From Geosiphon pyriformis uo1 (taxonomy: Eukaryota > Fungi > Glomeromycota): a stretch of DNA of 63,738 nucleotides. Of this stretch, positions 1 through 11,900 are shown in pieces. The position numbers were made by a program, and so were the translations under genes. Positions within the stretch are counted from its first letter, which is position 1. Each line of letters starts with the position of its first letter. Location: NCBI GenBank assembly GCA_016748015.1, contig JAAOMT010000785.1:65604-129341 (forward strand). The letters are read 5' to 3'. The notes under the pieces were generated by a model. It had not been told where the DNA came from and searched no databases. It saw only the letters and a list, made by a program, of their open reading frames with translations.

Positions 1-1805
1 TTAGCCTAAAAAAATCTTGTTCAGCAGCCCGAAACCACTTCAAGACTTCTTGATTCGCTTGCTCAACTCCTTGGCCACTTTTATACATATTACTGAGATT
101 TTATGGGCAGCACACTGATACCACTTAATCAGATTATATTGTGCAATTGCATAATCTTGTTCAGCAGCAGCCCGATAGCACTTTACGGCTTCCTCTTCCG
201 TTCTTTCAAATGCATATTGCCCAGATTTGTTTGCTTTTCTTTACAACCATGTTCGGCAGCAGCCCGATACCACTTCACAGCTTTCTCATTAGATTTTTTC
301 ACGGCCATTCAAATACATAATACCTAAATTGTATTGGGACGTCACATGATCTTGTTTAGCAGCAGCCCGAAACCACTTCACAGCTTCCTCATTAGATTGC
401 TCAACTCCTTGGCCATCCAAATACATATTGGCTAAATTTTTTTGCGAAGTTGCATTGCCTTTTTCAGCGGCAGCCCGATACCACTTCACAGCCTCCTCAT
501 TCGATTGCTCAACTCCTCGCCCATTTTATACATAAGACCCAAAGTGTATTTTGCAATTGCATAACCTTGTTCAGCAGCAGTCTTATCTCACTTCATAACT
601 TCCTCATTCGATTCCTCAACTCCTTGGCCATAATAATACATATTACACAGAATTGGTTTGCGCAATTGTATCACCTTGTTCAGCAGCAGCTTGATAGCAC
701 TTCAAGGTTTCCCAATTTGATTGTCTCACTTCCCCCTCATCGTGATATGAGAAACCCGAATCGTGTTGTGACTAGTCACCTTGTTTGCTAGCAATACACA
801 CCTCTGTAAAATTGCTAATCTCTAAAATCTCGTCAAATTCTTGTTGAACATTAATAATCGTCGGACGTTCTATTTTTATATCATTTTAATAAATATGAAT
901 CCAATATCAACCATTCTAAAATATATAATTTTCAATATTTAAGGAAATCAATTTTACCTTTGGTGATACCTGACCAGCATTTTTCATAAAGCTGGGCATA
1001 TGAAAAATTTAATGGATGAGAAGGCAATCTTAGTTCAGTGCTGAAAATCTCTACAAAACATTCTCTTTTCCCATCTGCAATTTCGCCAGCCAATGTGGGA
1101 TCTCTCGAAGGGTTCTTAAACGGTGGATGGCTGTTTGCAATTTCCCAAAGGAAAACACCCAAAGAATAAATATCAGATGCTGTGGTATATCTATATGTTT
1201 CGTTGTTTCAACGAGTTGGGTCTATATACGAAATTAATCCAAAGACTTGGCCTGATGAAATCATATCGTTTTCTGACTTGGATAGTCCAAAATCCGCTAA
1301 AATCGCTTTTTTATTATGTATGAGACCCATATTTTGAATGCTTAATTATAAAAAATATCTTAGATTCACAATTTATTAACTTTAAAAGAGTTTCTGTTTT
1401 TAAATAAAACAACCTACTAAATCCCTATTAAATATCTTGTTTTCATGCAAATATGTTATAGCATCGATTGTGTTTTTCGCTAGCTCAATTTTCTTTCTAA
1501 CTCCAAGCAATTCAAATAATTCTTTTGAAGTGTACCTCCACTTGCGTATTATAATACAAGAATATAATCTCCGTTAAAACCTGGAATAATGCATAACCCA
1601 ATCTTCTCTATTTTGAAACTAGACCAAAAGAAATCTTGTTTCAAACATTTTATCAAACCGAAAAATTGCGTGATATATGGGTTCTCTCTATTACCCAATT
1701 TATATAAAATTTCTACCTTGAAAGAAGATATTTAGATATTTTAAATGGGAATTAAAGGTAGAAGGATTGAATATTTCTCTAAACAATACCTCACGCTTGA
1801 AATTT
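1..1805 (-). pseudogene. Decayed kinase (TKL-like) + Sel1-repeat gene, runs off window edge
   Basis: Minus strand reads FKRE|gt (~1790), YLHENKIFNRDL (~1440), ILADFGLS (~1290), SDIYSLGVFLWEIANSHPPF, LYEKCW, then >=7 Sel1 remnants (KWYRAAAEKGNATSQKNLANMYLDGQGVEQSNEEAVKWF) broken by stops and frameshifts. Confidence 0.85.
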
Positions 1806-3012
1806 CTTTTGTCTCTTTGTGTGATCAGCTACCATATTTAAATGCTTTATTTAATATAAAAAATTATGCATAAATTATTTTGTAGTTATCTTAATTGCAG
1901 TATATGAATTAAAAATTTTTTTAAATTACTAATGAATAATGAGTTCATTAATAATTAAAATATCAATCATTTATTTATGGTTTTTACGCTTTATAATTTA
2001 AATCAAAAAATTATTTAGAAATTACAATTTATTAAAAAATGAATTATGCTAAAAATACTTTTAAATAATAATTAAAATACATGTTTTTCATAAACCATTT
2101 TTTTAAAAAAATAAATTTTCACGCTATTCTTGATATTTTTTATGAGCTTTCTTATATCATTTAAATTATTTAGAAATTTTTATTGAGATGAAAATTCTAA
2201 TTATTGAACCGAATATCATTTATTTTTTTGCTCAAGTCTTTATTATCACAAAGTTTTATTCTTTTAATTATCAAGGAAATGCTTCAGCGATTTTGTTGTT
2301 GGAATTTTTGCTTCAAATTTTTTTTAATTCAGGTTTTGTATTTTTCCTGGGCTTATTTTCTTTGCCGTTTCAAGGAAAATGAGAGTTTACTAACTATGAT
2401 TGTAACAATTTTTGGATAAACCTCTGAAAAGTTGAATTAAACTAATACTGGTCAAAAAAGATTTTCAGAAATCATTATTTATTTTAATTTGCCTATTCTT
2501 TTATATAGTAATGAATAATTTCAAAATTCGTAACATTTTTTTTTACAAAATATGATTTCAAATATTTACGAATATTAGAATTATTTTTTATATTAAAACT
2601 TCTTTTCGTGTTTATTTCATGCACATTGACAATAATATGTTTTTGGCTATTTTATTGGATTTACTACAAAAAACTTATTTTGAAGGTTATTAAATTTATC
2701 TTTGAAAATTTTTATAGATAGAACGATAATTTTTTCTTTGGAAATTATGAGTTGATATTAACTTTGTGATTTAAATTTAATTTCATTACATTTTTTTTAA
2801 AAAAACTTTTTTAAAAACCCGAAAATAATAATAATAATTTAATTTGATACAATTATGCAATAAATAAGTATCTTTTAAATTATAATTATAAAAGAAAAAA
2901 TTGAAAAAATGAAAGTTTAAATTATAAAAAGGATTTTTTAAAGAAGGTTTCAATTTAGTCGAGATTTGTCTTTAGCATGATAATAAAAAACCTTTAAAAT
3001 CTACCAATTAGA

Positions 3013-3834
3013 TTATAATTCAATAAAAATGTAAAATGTACCAGGGTTTTTACCGAAATGAGCTTTCAAATTCTCGAATTGTCCAAAATGCTCTGTGATT
3101 TGTTCAGGTTTAAATCCCTCATAGCTCTTACCGTAGTCTAAATGGGGCTCCAAAAGCAAAGCTCTTAATTCTGAGGGTTTAATTCCCGCAATTTTCAATA
3201 TTTTTTCGACCCTCTGTTGGAATATCGTTTTAACATTGTTACTTGTAAAAGCGGGAAGGTTTATACTAAGTTTCGGTAACGTTCCGATTGCTGTCAAATA
3301 ATCAATGTATCGCTTTTGGAACTTGTTTTGAGCTTTTAACGAAATTTTCTGAAAATCGGCTTCTTCCCTGTATTTCAGAAAATCATCAAGAACGAGTTTA
3401 GATGATTCTTTGAACGCAATCGGAAAGTTGTATTCATCTGCAAGAATAAGAGCCTCAAGCGGTTTTTCATGCGCCCTCCGGTCAAGAAATTCTTCACAAG
3501 CTTCTTTCAAGCCTTTTATTTCATATTTTGTTGCTAGAGAAAGCAGATATGAAACTTTCTCCCAATTGATGAACAAATATGAGGCCGGATAAATAAAGGA
3601 TAAAAGGTCCTCCACTTGTTCTGGTGATTCATGTAACGTTAAAACGGGAAGTCCTCTAGTATTTTTAGTTAGGGGGTGGAAAAGAATGATTCCTTTGAAA
3701 ATCGGGGAGGATAACTCCAAAACATTACGATGAACTTTGAATGACTTTTGAGGGGCTCCGTGGAAATTAAGTATCAAATCACCATCAAAATAATAGTGTC
3801 GTTTGATGTTTTGTTCCATAAGATCTTGTACCAT
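3013..3834 (-). CDS. BTB/POZ domain protein (273 aa, single exon)
   Basis: DGDLILNF...FKVHRNVLELSSPIFK...LHESPEQVEDLLSFIYP...LLSLATKYEIKGLKEACE is a typical BTB signature; ORF is intact. Confidence 0.88.
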   Translation of the reverse strand: MVQDLMEQNIKRHYYFDGDLILNFHGAPQKSFKVHRNVLELSSPIFKGIILFHPLTKNTRGLPVLTLHESPEQVEDLLSFIYPASYLFINWEKVSYLLSLATKYEIKGLKEACEEFLDRRAHEKPLEALILADEYNFPIAFKESSKLVLDDFLKYREEADFQKISLKAQNKFQKRYIDYLTAIGTLPKLSINLPAFTSNNVKTIFQQRVEKILKIAGIKPSELRALLLEPHLDYGKSYEGFKPEQITEHFGQFENLKAHFGKNPGTFYIFIEL

Positions 3835-3934
3835 TGTGATATGCTTGAGAATTAAATACTTGTCAATTATTTATACTCATTTAAACCCACTACTAGAATC
3901 TGGACTTTTTTGATTAATTTATCTTTGACTATAA

Positions 3935-4055
3935 TTTTTATGAAAATTATATGTAATAAAAACGTAATCATTTTTAAGCAAAAAAACGTAATATCTAATT
4001 TTTTTATGAAATTTTATTTGTAATCATTTTTAAGCAAAAAAACGTATTAGCTAAT
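3935..4055. repeat. Imperfect ~60-65 bp tandem duplication upstream of the BTB gene
   Basis: GTAATCATTTTTAAGCAAAAAAACGTA occurs twice, each preceded by TTTTATGAAA. Confidence 0.7.
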
Positions 4056-5438
4056 AGTTTTAAAAAATATTCTGTTACTTTGAATAAAATAGTTATTATA
4101 TACTCTATGTTTCTAATTAAGTTTTTTCAAAGATTTTTTAATCAATTCTTATTTGAGATTGAGATCTCTTTTTTCATCTTCTAGATCACAGATGTTTTGT
4201 GTTTTCATACATACGTTATACAATAACAAAAAAGTGTATAACATATGGTGTTATTTATTTTACTCACTCACTCAATCAATCAATCAATCAATCAATTATT
4301 GGATCATTTCTACCTTTCACACGGGTAATTTCTCATAAAAAGGGTTTCTCACTTTCATTTGAATTTTTACTAGACCTTAGCGATTCTGGAATTAGCAATG
4401 TTTTATTGTATGCTTATCTTCAATGTTATCATATATTTTGAATTCTTGAGCCGCAGCACTCACGAGAGATTTAAATTACATTCGTTCGAATATGTATGCA
4501 CGCTCTAGCATATACCATCTAAACATGTGTAGATGACGCAAAATTGGATAATCTTCAAATCAAAATAAAGCTTATTTTCTTACGTAAAAAAAGTTTGCCA
4601 ATTATATAGGTGAGAAAAAATGACTACAATTATGTGAAAGTTTTTATGCGTGAAGAAAGTTCAGAAACCAATAATTTTTTTGTTAGTTTGGATAGCATAA
4701 GCAAATCTATTCAACCAACCAAATTGTAGCCAAAATCTCCGACCAAAATTTCGCTTTCCCATTAATGACATAATAAGGTCGCGTTGATGAAAAAAGTAAA
4801 GGGATAGTGACCACGGTATCATTTGTTGAGTACAGTACATCTTCTGTAGTCATTTCTTATTATGAAAAACTTTTTAGCTTCAAAAAGCAAATGTAATTAC
4901 TGCGCGTAAATCAATTGAATCAATGAATTAAAATATTGGAAAAGTTCGCATTTTCATCTTTTTATATGATATAAATTTATTTATAATGTTTCAGAGGGTA
5001 TGATCGAGGCATTATGAAAAGCTTATCCAAATAAAGCAAAAGGGGGAAGAAAAGGGGAGAATATGTAAGATGTAGGGTAATATCAAAACAACTAAACAAG
5101 ATTTTGAAATTAATAGAATCAGAAAATTTAATTTTACCCAGAAAGGTTAGATTTGCAAAAGGGGAAGCATTTAAAAAGACCGAAAATATCATACATGAAA
5201 AATATAATAATGTATATAGGTTACAAAGGGTAGTTCATTATAGATGATATGGGAAAACACGTGTCAAAATTTGAAGCATAAAATTATACAACAAAACTTT
5301 CTAGGAGGCTCAGATGTGTTTCTGCGTGAAAACGAACTCCCCGATCATCCCTCAAGTTCAGTTAAAATTTTTTTTTACAAATGAATAAGGCACTACTATC
5401 ATGTAAAGAATACTTTTGATAAATGTTTATGAGCGATT

Positions 5439-7961
5439 TCACAATCTACACCAGCGACTATCCAAGATTTGGTTGATGGTCAAGCGTTGATCGGGTTTCG
5501 TTTTAAACATGCCATTTAAGAGTTCACGAAGTTCATTAGAGGCATTAACATTTTCCAATGGAGGCTCTTCGAATCTTCCATTAAGGATTTTATATTGTAG
5601 TCGAGGTTCAAAATCATCATTAAACGGTAGTCGACCAGTGACCATAGCGTAAAGAACAACGCCCAAACTCCAGATATCCACTGAAGTGTCTTTAATAGGT
5701 GTCTTTGAACGAAGTTGTTCAGGTGGACAATAAGCTAAAGAGCCACCAGCATGACCATCGCATCGTGAATCATGAGCATATTCGGCTCTTTGATATTCGG
5801 ACAAGCCGAAATCGCCTAGCTTCCAATTTCCCTCACTATCTAATAAAATATTATCCAATTTTATATCCTTATGGACAAGCCCCATATCATTATGAAGATA
5901 ACGAACAGCTTCGGCGATCTGAAGAAAAATTATGCGAGCTTGATCTTCGTTCAAGCCTCGTTCGTCTACGTTGCCATTCTTTTTAATGTATTCTAAAAGT
6001 GTACCACCTGGACACAATTCGGCAAAAATGAAGCTGGCGTATTCTGTCTCTTCAAAAGATATCATGCGTACAATATTTGGATTATCTAAATGGCGCCAGA
6101 TTTCAATTTCTTTTTCAAGCAAAGCCTAATGATTAAATATGAGGTGATTAAAATTTATGTTGTTTCATTAAAAGGATAAATAAAGTTTTCAAGATTTACT
6201 AAACTAATTTACCTGAAGGCGGTCATTATGTTTAGAATCAGGATCGTTCTTTACAATTTTGACGGCAACTTTTTCCATTACGCCCGAATCCATGGTATAA
6301 GCTTCACGGACACAAGAGAAACCACCACGACCAATTACTTTACCAAGGATGTACTCACCGACTTGTTCACCCTCTTCATCAGGCAATCGAGTTGAAACCG
6401 TTGCATCAGCTAAAAAACCAAGCCAAGAAGCAGCAGGAGATTGAATGCCACTGTATGCATCACTTGATATGGTTGGGGCTGAAAAGGCACGCTGTGAAAA
6501 GGGGTTTTCGGTACAAATACTCTTTGATTTGGGCCTTCCATTAATGTTTTTTGAGTGGTTGGTTGTGAAAGGTTCATATTTATCTCTTTGTTCTCTAAAG
6601 TGTGAGTTTTGTGCCGAGACATTAAAATTTGATTTTGTAGGTGGATAAGTTGATTCACGTGAATGTGGGTGTAGAACATTAAACTGCACTTTATTACGTG
6701 ATGGAGAAGCAACGTTCGTAGATTCACAAAGATTTTTATTGAAAGTATTAGCATTAATATCATGATTATTGTTATTGTTATTATTATTATTATTAGTCTG
6801 TTGGTCGTTTGCACCTTGTAAAAACTTTGATTCCATCTGAGTAACTGGAGATAGCATATCGATCGAGGAACTTAATGAGGATTTTGATGAACATGGGGAA
6901 AGTGATGGAGGTTGTGATGGTGAGGAAAGATTGGTTGGTGAAGGAAGAGTGGATGATGTCACGATTGATGAAAGAGTAAATGAAGATGGTTCATCAGTGG
7001 GGATTATTGATGAAAAGGACGACATTTGATTTTGTGTGATAGATGATGAGGATGCAAAAGCCAAAGATAGTGCTGAAGCAAAATTTGAGGTGATTTGAAC
7101 GGCCAAATTGTTTTCTTCGACTGGAGATGAGGAGATTTCAGATGGAAAATTGATGACCGGATTAGGGATTTGCGTGGAAGGCCTAATATCTTGAAAATTT
7201 CCGTTTTCCTTCATATTTGACAGTTTATTCATACTTGACGGTTTATTAATTGGATGATTACTGTTCTCTGGTTCTGAAAAGTAGGAGTACGTGTAGGCAG
7301 GGGCGGAGACACGTCGATTTAGAAATTGAACAGAATTCAAGCTTGGTCTGAAGTTTGTTCCTTTAATTTCTTCCTTCTCAAATAATGACACGATTTGGTT
7401 TTGTTTGTTTTTTCCTTGATGATCAATTTGAAATTCTTTAATTTCACTTTGATTATCAAAATTTTCTCTGGTAACTGTTTTCTCAGCTCGTTCCATAGAA
7501 TATTGATGCTGATGTTTTTGTTTCTTGTAAAGTGTTGGTCCAGAATCATTTAAAGCTTTTGTGGGAGGTTGTGAACTGACTGGCCACCAATTATTTGGAG
7601 CTGACCAATCATCATTAAGAGGCCATGGTTTATTGATAATATTTTCATCTCTTGACTGATGATTTGATGAGGAAACTTTGGTTAGGATTCGTAATCTTAG
7701 TAATTCTCTATCATATAGAACTCTTCGTGCCGCTGTTGTTGCTGCAGTATGTGATAATCTCGCTGATTCCGGACGAGCAAAGTTTAATGAAGAGGTATTT
7801 AAAATATCCAAATCTAATATATGGTGACCGGCCCCAACCCCTAGCCTCAATGAATTATCAGTCATAAAGTGAGTACTCTCAGGAGCACCACTATTTAGGT
7901 TATCGAAATTATACGTGTTTGTGTTCAAAGGAACCGTGTAGCAAGTTTCGCCTGGTTGCAT
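5439..7961 (-). CDS. Ser/Thr protein kinase, CAMK group (resembles fungal Nnk1/Ppk16 type), ~811 aa with long disordered N-terminus; exons 7961-6213, 6125-5439
   Basis: GRGGFS glycine loop, VAVK, HKDIKLDN, DFG, GSLAYCPPE, DIWSLG. GT-AG intron 6212-6126 joins RLQ|ALLEKE in frame. ATG at 7961 (the ORF track start at 7970 is GTG). Subfamily guess rests on PDEEGEQVGEYILG before the kinase domain. Confidence 0.9.
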
Positions 7962-8271
7962 TTTTTGCACTTTTTTTTTTTTTTTTTTTCTTAAATGTTA
8001 ATTTTTTTAGTGATACTTTCACGAAGGATTTCTCACAATTTCAAGTTTCAAACGTTAAAATCCTGTGAAAATAAGACGCTAGTTACGCTTTTCAAAGGGT
8101 TTTGAACAAAGCGCTTAACTTTCAAAACTCAGTGAAAGAAAAGTATGGTCAGCAGTGCAAATTTCTTCCTAACGGGGATGGTTTATAGAGAAAGTGAGTC
8201 GGTCCAATAGGAACAGAAATTATATTTGTTTGGGTTTTATGTGTAATAACCCTTTTCCTGTTTTAGCGTTT

Positions 8272-8310
8272 CTTCAGGTCGTTCCTTCAGGTCGTTCCTT
8301 CTGGTCGTTC
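8272..8310. repeat. 3 x 13-bp tandem repeat CTTC(A/T)GGTCGTTC upstream of the kinase gene
   Basis: Units read directly at 8272, 8285, 8298. Confidence 0.8.
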
Positions 8311-9318
8311 TGTTCTCGAGTTCTGTTGTTAAGAATATTTATATTATTGTTTTTATATACACTCTTGGCTTTAATTTGTAGTTATTTTATTGTTAAATTA
8401 GATAAATAACAACCAAATAACCAAATAACCAAAAAACAGATTGTCTGTATCTGCGTATAGTTCAAAGAAAAAAGTTTCAAAAGTTTTTTTTTTTGACGGG
8501 GTAAACTTGCTATTATCTATATGTCGTCAAAGTGTGGTAAAGTGTGACTAGCGCTATTATTTTTGGACGTTAGTTTGAAAAAAAATTTCGAAATGTTTAT
8601 ATACCGACCCGAATCCGACTATATATATACGGGATGGTGTGAGTATACCTTAAATAAAATATTATTGTAAACAAAGGAAAGTTTGATTTAAAGAAAGATA
8701 TGAGATTGACCGGCAAGATCACAAGGATGAAAACGTGAAAAAAGCTGTATTTTATTTCACCGAGACTTGGTTTTTAGTTGAAAGAGAAAAAAAAAAGTGA
8801 TATATTGGAAAAGATTGACAGGTGCGAGAACTGGAGAGTGTGGCGACTTGTTATATACCTTTTTATTATTGTCTACATTTTAAAATATTTTTGCCTCACC
8901 ATATAATTAAAGTTTCGATCAAACTGTGTAATGTAATTGGCTGATTGATGGTTTTTGGATTATGCTATTGCATAAAGATCATCATGATATTTATAATGTT
9001 CTAAAATCTCGATAAGATAAATCAAATTGTACAAAATCATGCATTAGGTACCAGCCACAGATTCACTTTTTTAAACTTCCTATTTCTCACTAATCACTAC
9101 TTTTTACAACACGGTCTTTTATGCGGGATTTTTTTTATCATTTCAATGGCAATCATCAAAGATATTAAATTATTTTGCCGATTTTTATGATTTTTTTGTT
9201 CAAATCGAAGATTATATCAACAATAACAGATGGGAATAACTTGTCCGTAGCCAAAATTTAAATGCATTAACATTTGAATCATTTCAATTCTGTTAAAAAA
9301 AGAATTCTTTATTCTCCC

Positions 9319-9387
9319 TACTACTATTACTACTACTACTACTATTACTACTATTACTACTACTACTACTATTACTACTACTACTAT

Positions 9388-9471
<84 letters not shown>
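9319..9471. repeat. Compound microsatellite (TAC/TAT)n(GAC)13
   Basis: Read directly; source of spurious poly-Y/D and poly-R/S ORFs. Confidence 0.97.
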
Positions 9472-10903
9472 TCATAGGTCCAAGGAAAGAAAAGCTATGA
9501 ATGATCATGACTTTTTATTTTTAATCACCCCAAATTTCATTTACTTGGTTGAATGTGAAATCTTCGGGTTGTACTATAAATATATTTTATATACGTATTT
9601 AGAAGAAGATTGTTTGCATAATATTTGTACGACCCTCGTCTCTGTTCATCTCGCCGAAAACTTCCGCTTGCATAGCCCGACATTTTCGCCAATACTAGAA
9701 AAAATATGGCTTAAATAATATGTTTCTGTTTTTTATTATTAAAAGATAAAACTCTTCAAAAAACATTTATGACCACTCGAAATCTAGCTTTATGTTTCTC
9801 CACGAATGAAAAGAAAATTCCCCCACATTTGATACAAAAATTTATGTTTATTATTTCCTTTTCTTTTTTATGAAACAACGAAAGAATATTTTTTCTCATT
9901 GTTCAGTTCTTTTATATTCACTTTGCATCTCTTATCTTTTTCATCTTAGATTGGCACGCGATCCCTGCAGATGCCGAAAGAAATTCTTTTTAAAGTTGTT
10001 TGGGCAAATAATATAAAAACTCAACATGTGAAACCCTGATTAATATGAAATCGTAGGATCAAGATACATTTATGGCGTGAGTAGATTAAACTTTAAAGGT
10101 TTCTAAACTTAAAAAACTTTTTTAAGAATACCAAAAAATATCTGGTTACACAATTGTGGGTGACATTTTTTTTCTTTGATACATATGAGAATTTAAATCA
10201 TAGATGCACCAAATATTGAACTTAATTTGTGCTTTTTTGATGAATTTTTCGTTTTTTCAGGAATTAGACATTTTTCGGCTTTGTTTTCGATCTTTTTATT
10301 TTTTATGATTATTTTACAGAATTCTGAGCTTTTAAAAGAATATTTCATTTTTTTCACTTTTTTAATTTAAAATTTATAATAAGTATTAATTATTATACCA
10401 AAAGAATTTAGATATAAATATTTTTAAAAGTGTGAAAATAAGCTAAAAAATTTAATTATATTTGATTTTTAAATATATATAATAATTTGAATTTATTAGT
10501 TGAAATTATATTTGTTTTTATTAAAATTGTATATTTTTAAAAAATTTTAAAAAAATTAAAACAATTAATTAATTGGTTAAAATTCTTTAATATTTCACCA
10601 TATAATTAAAAATTAAAACAATTCGACTAATCATTACTTAATAAGTTTCTAAATTTTTTGATCCTTATCATTTCTCAAAAAATCCCATAATGTGCTAAGA
10701 TTTAAATGGTTTATTTATAATTTTTTTAAAAAAATGCACACCTGACCAAAAATTCCGTATGTGCATTTACAGATTTTGAAAGAGTGTAAAAATACAGGAA
10801 TTTAACAAGTTTTAGATTTGTCTTTCAATGAAAAAAAAAAAAAAACTTGTTATTCAGGTTTTTTGTCTTACACACAAAAAAGAATTTAGATCTTCAACCA
10901 ACC

Positions 10904-10951
10904 AAAAAATGTCCACACGAAATTCAACATTTTTTCGTGTGGACATTTTTT
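10904..10951. repeat. Perfect 19-bp inverted repeat with 10-nt loop
   Basis: AAAAAATGTCCACACGAAA ... TTTCGTGTGGACATTTTTT. Confidence 0.9.
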
Positions 10952-11427
10952 TATTCATTTACTTTTTACTGTGACTTTTGACAAATTACAGAAATTTCTA
11001 AATGATACCTAAAATACCAAAAATAGAAATTATTAGGTCAAATGGTTAAACATTAGTCAGTATTATTTAAAATGGAAAACTAATTAGTTTGTGGCTGATA
11101 GTATATATGGTGATTGATTTCTTCAGCCATAATCATTTTATCACACTCATCACAAGCATTAAGCAATCAATATTAATATGACTCTAGCTCAGGATAGATA
11201 ACGGGATGTCAATTGATAAATCAGATTAAAAAATAAAAAAATAAAAAAAAAAGTTTCACATATAAACAATTTTTTTTTTTTGGATTAAACACGTTCGTTG
11301 TACATCATCTTTCATCATAATCTGGTTCCCCAGACTGGTTTATCACACTACATTAAATAGTTTGGAAATGCAATAAATTCAAAGTGAAGTAATCTTTGTT
11401 ATCTTTGTAATGGATCAGTCTCACAAA

Positions 11428-11453
11428 GACAGACAGACAGACAGACAGACAGA
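11428..11453. repeat. (GACA)n microsatellite
   Basis: Read directly. Confidence 0.85.
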
Positions 11454-11864
11454 CGACCGTACATATAAATACATCATTGATTTTTTTGGTCTTTTGCTGC
11501 ATAAACGAGCTAGCGGATTGGTTACAAGATAAATTGATTGATTGTGCATCGATTCACATTTTTGCGTTTAATCATATTAAAAAATGCAAAAAAAAAATAC
11601 TTTCTTGTTCATTGTGTACAAAGTTAGGATAATAATAGATGTGTAAGAAATATATATATGTTGTTTCATTGTCATTTAAAGAATATCGCCCAGTTAGATG
11701 TTAAAAAAATAATTATATTCATAAAGATACAAAGAAACCATTTTATGTTTCAATTATTTTGCTTTAAGAAAGAACTTTAAAATGTTACACGATGATGATT
11801 ATCGAATCGTGATAAACTGATAAACCTAAAAGTGATTTAGAAGCATTATCAGTATTATTATTAA

Positions 11865-11900
<36 letters not shown>

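Noticed and set aside
5699-7867. Small overlapping ORFs within the kinase gene
   Set aside because: Antisense or alternative-frame shadows of a well-supported CDS.
9274-9508. Poly-Tyr/Asp and poly-Arg/Ser ORFs
   Set aside because: Translations of the TAC/GAC microsatellite.
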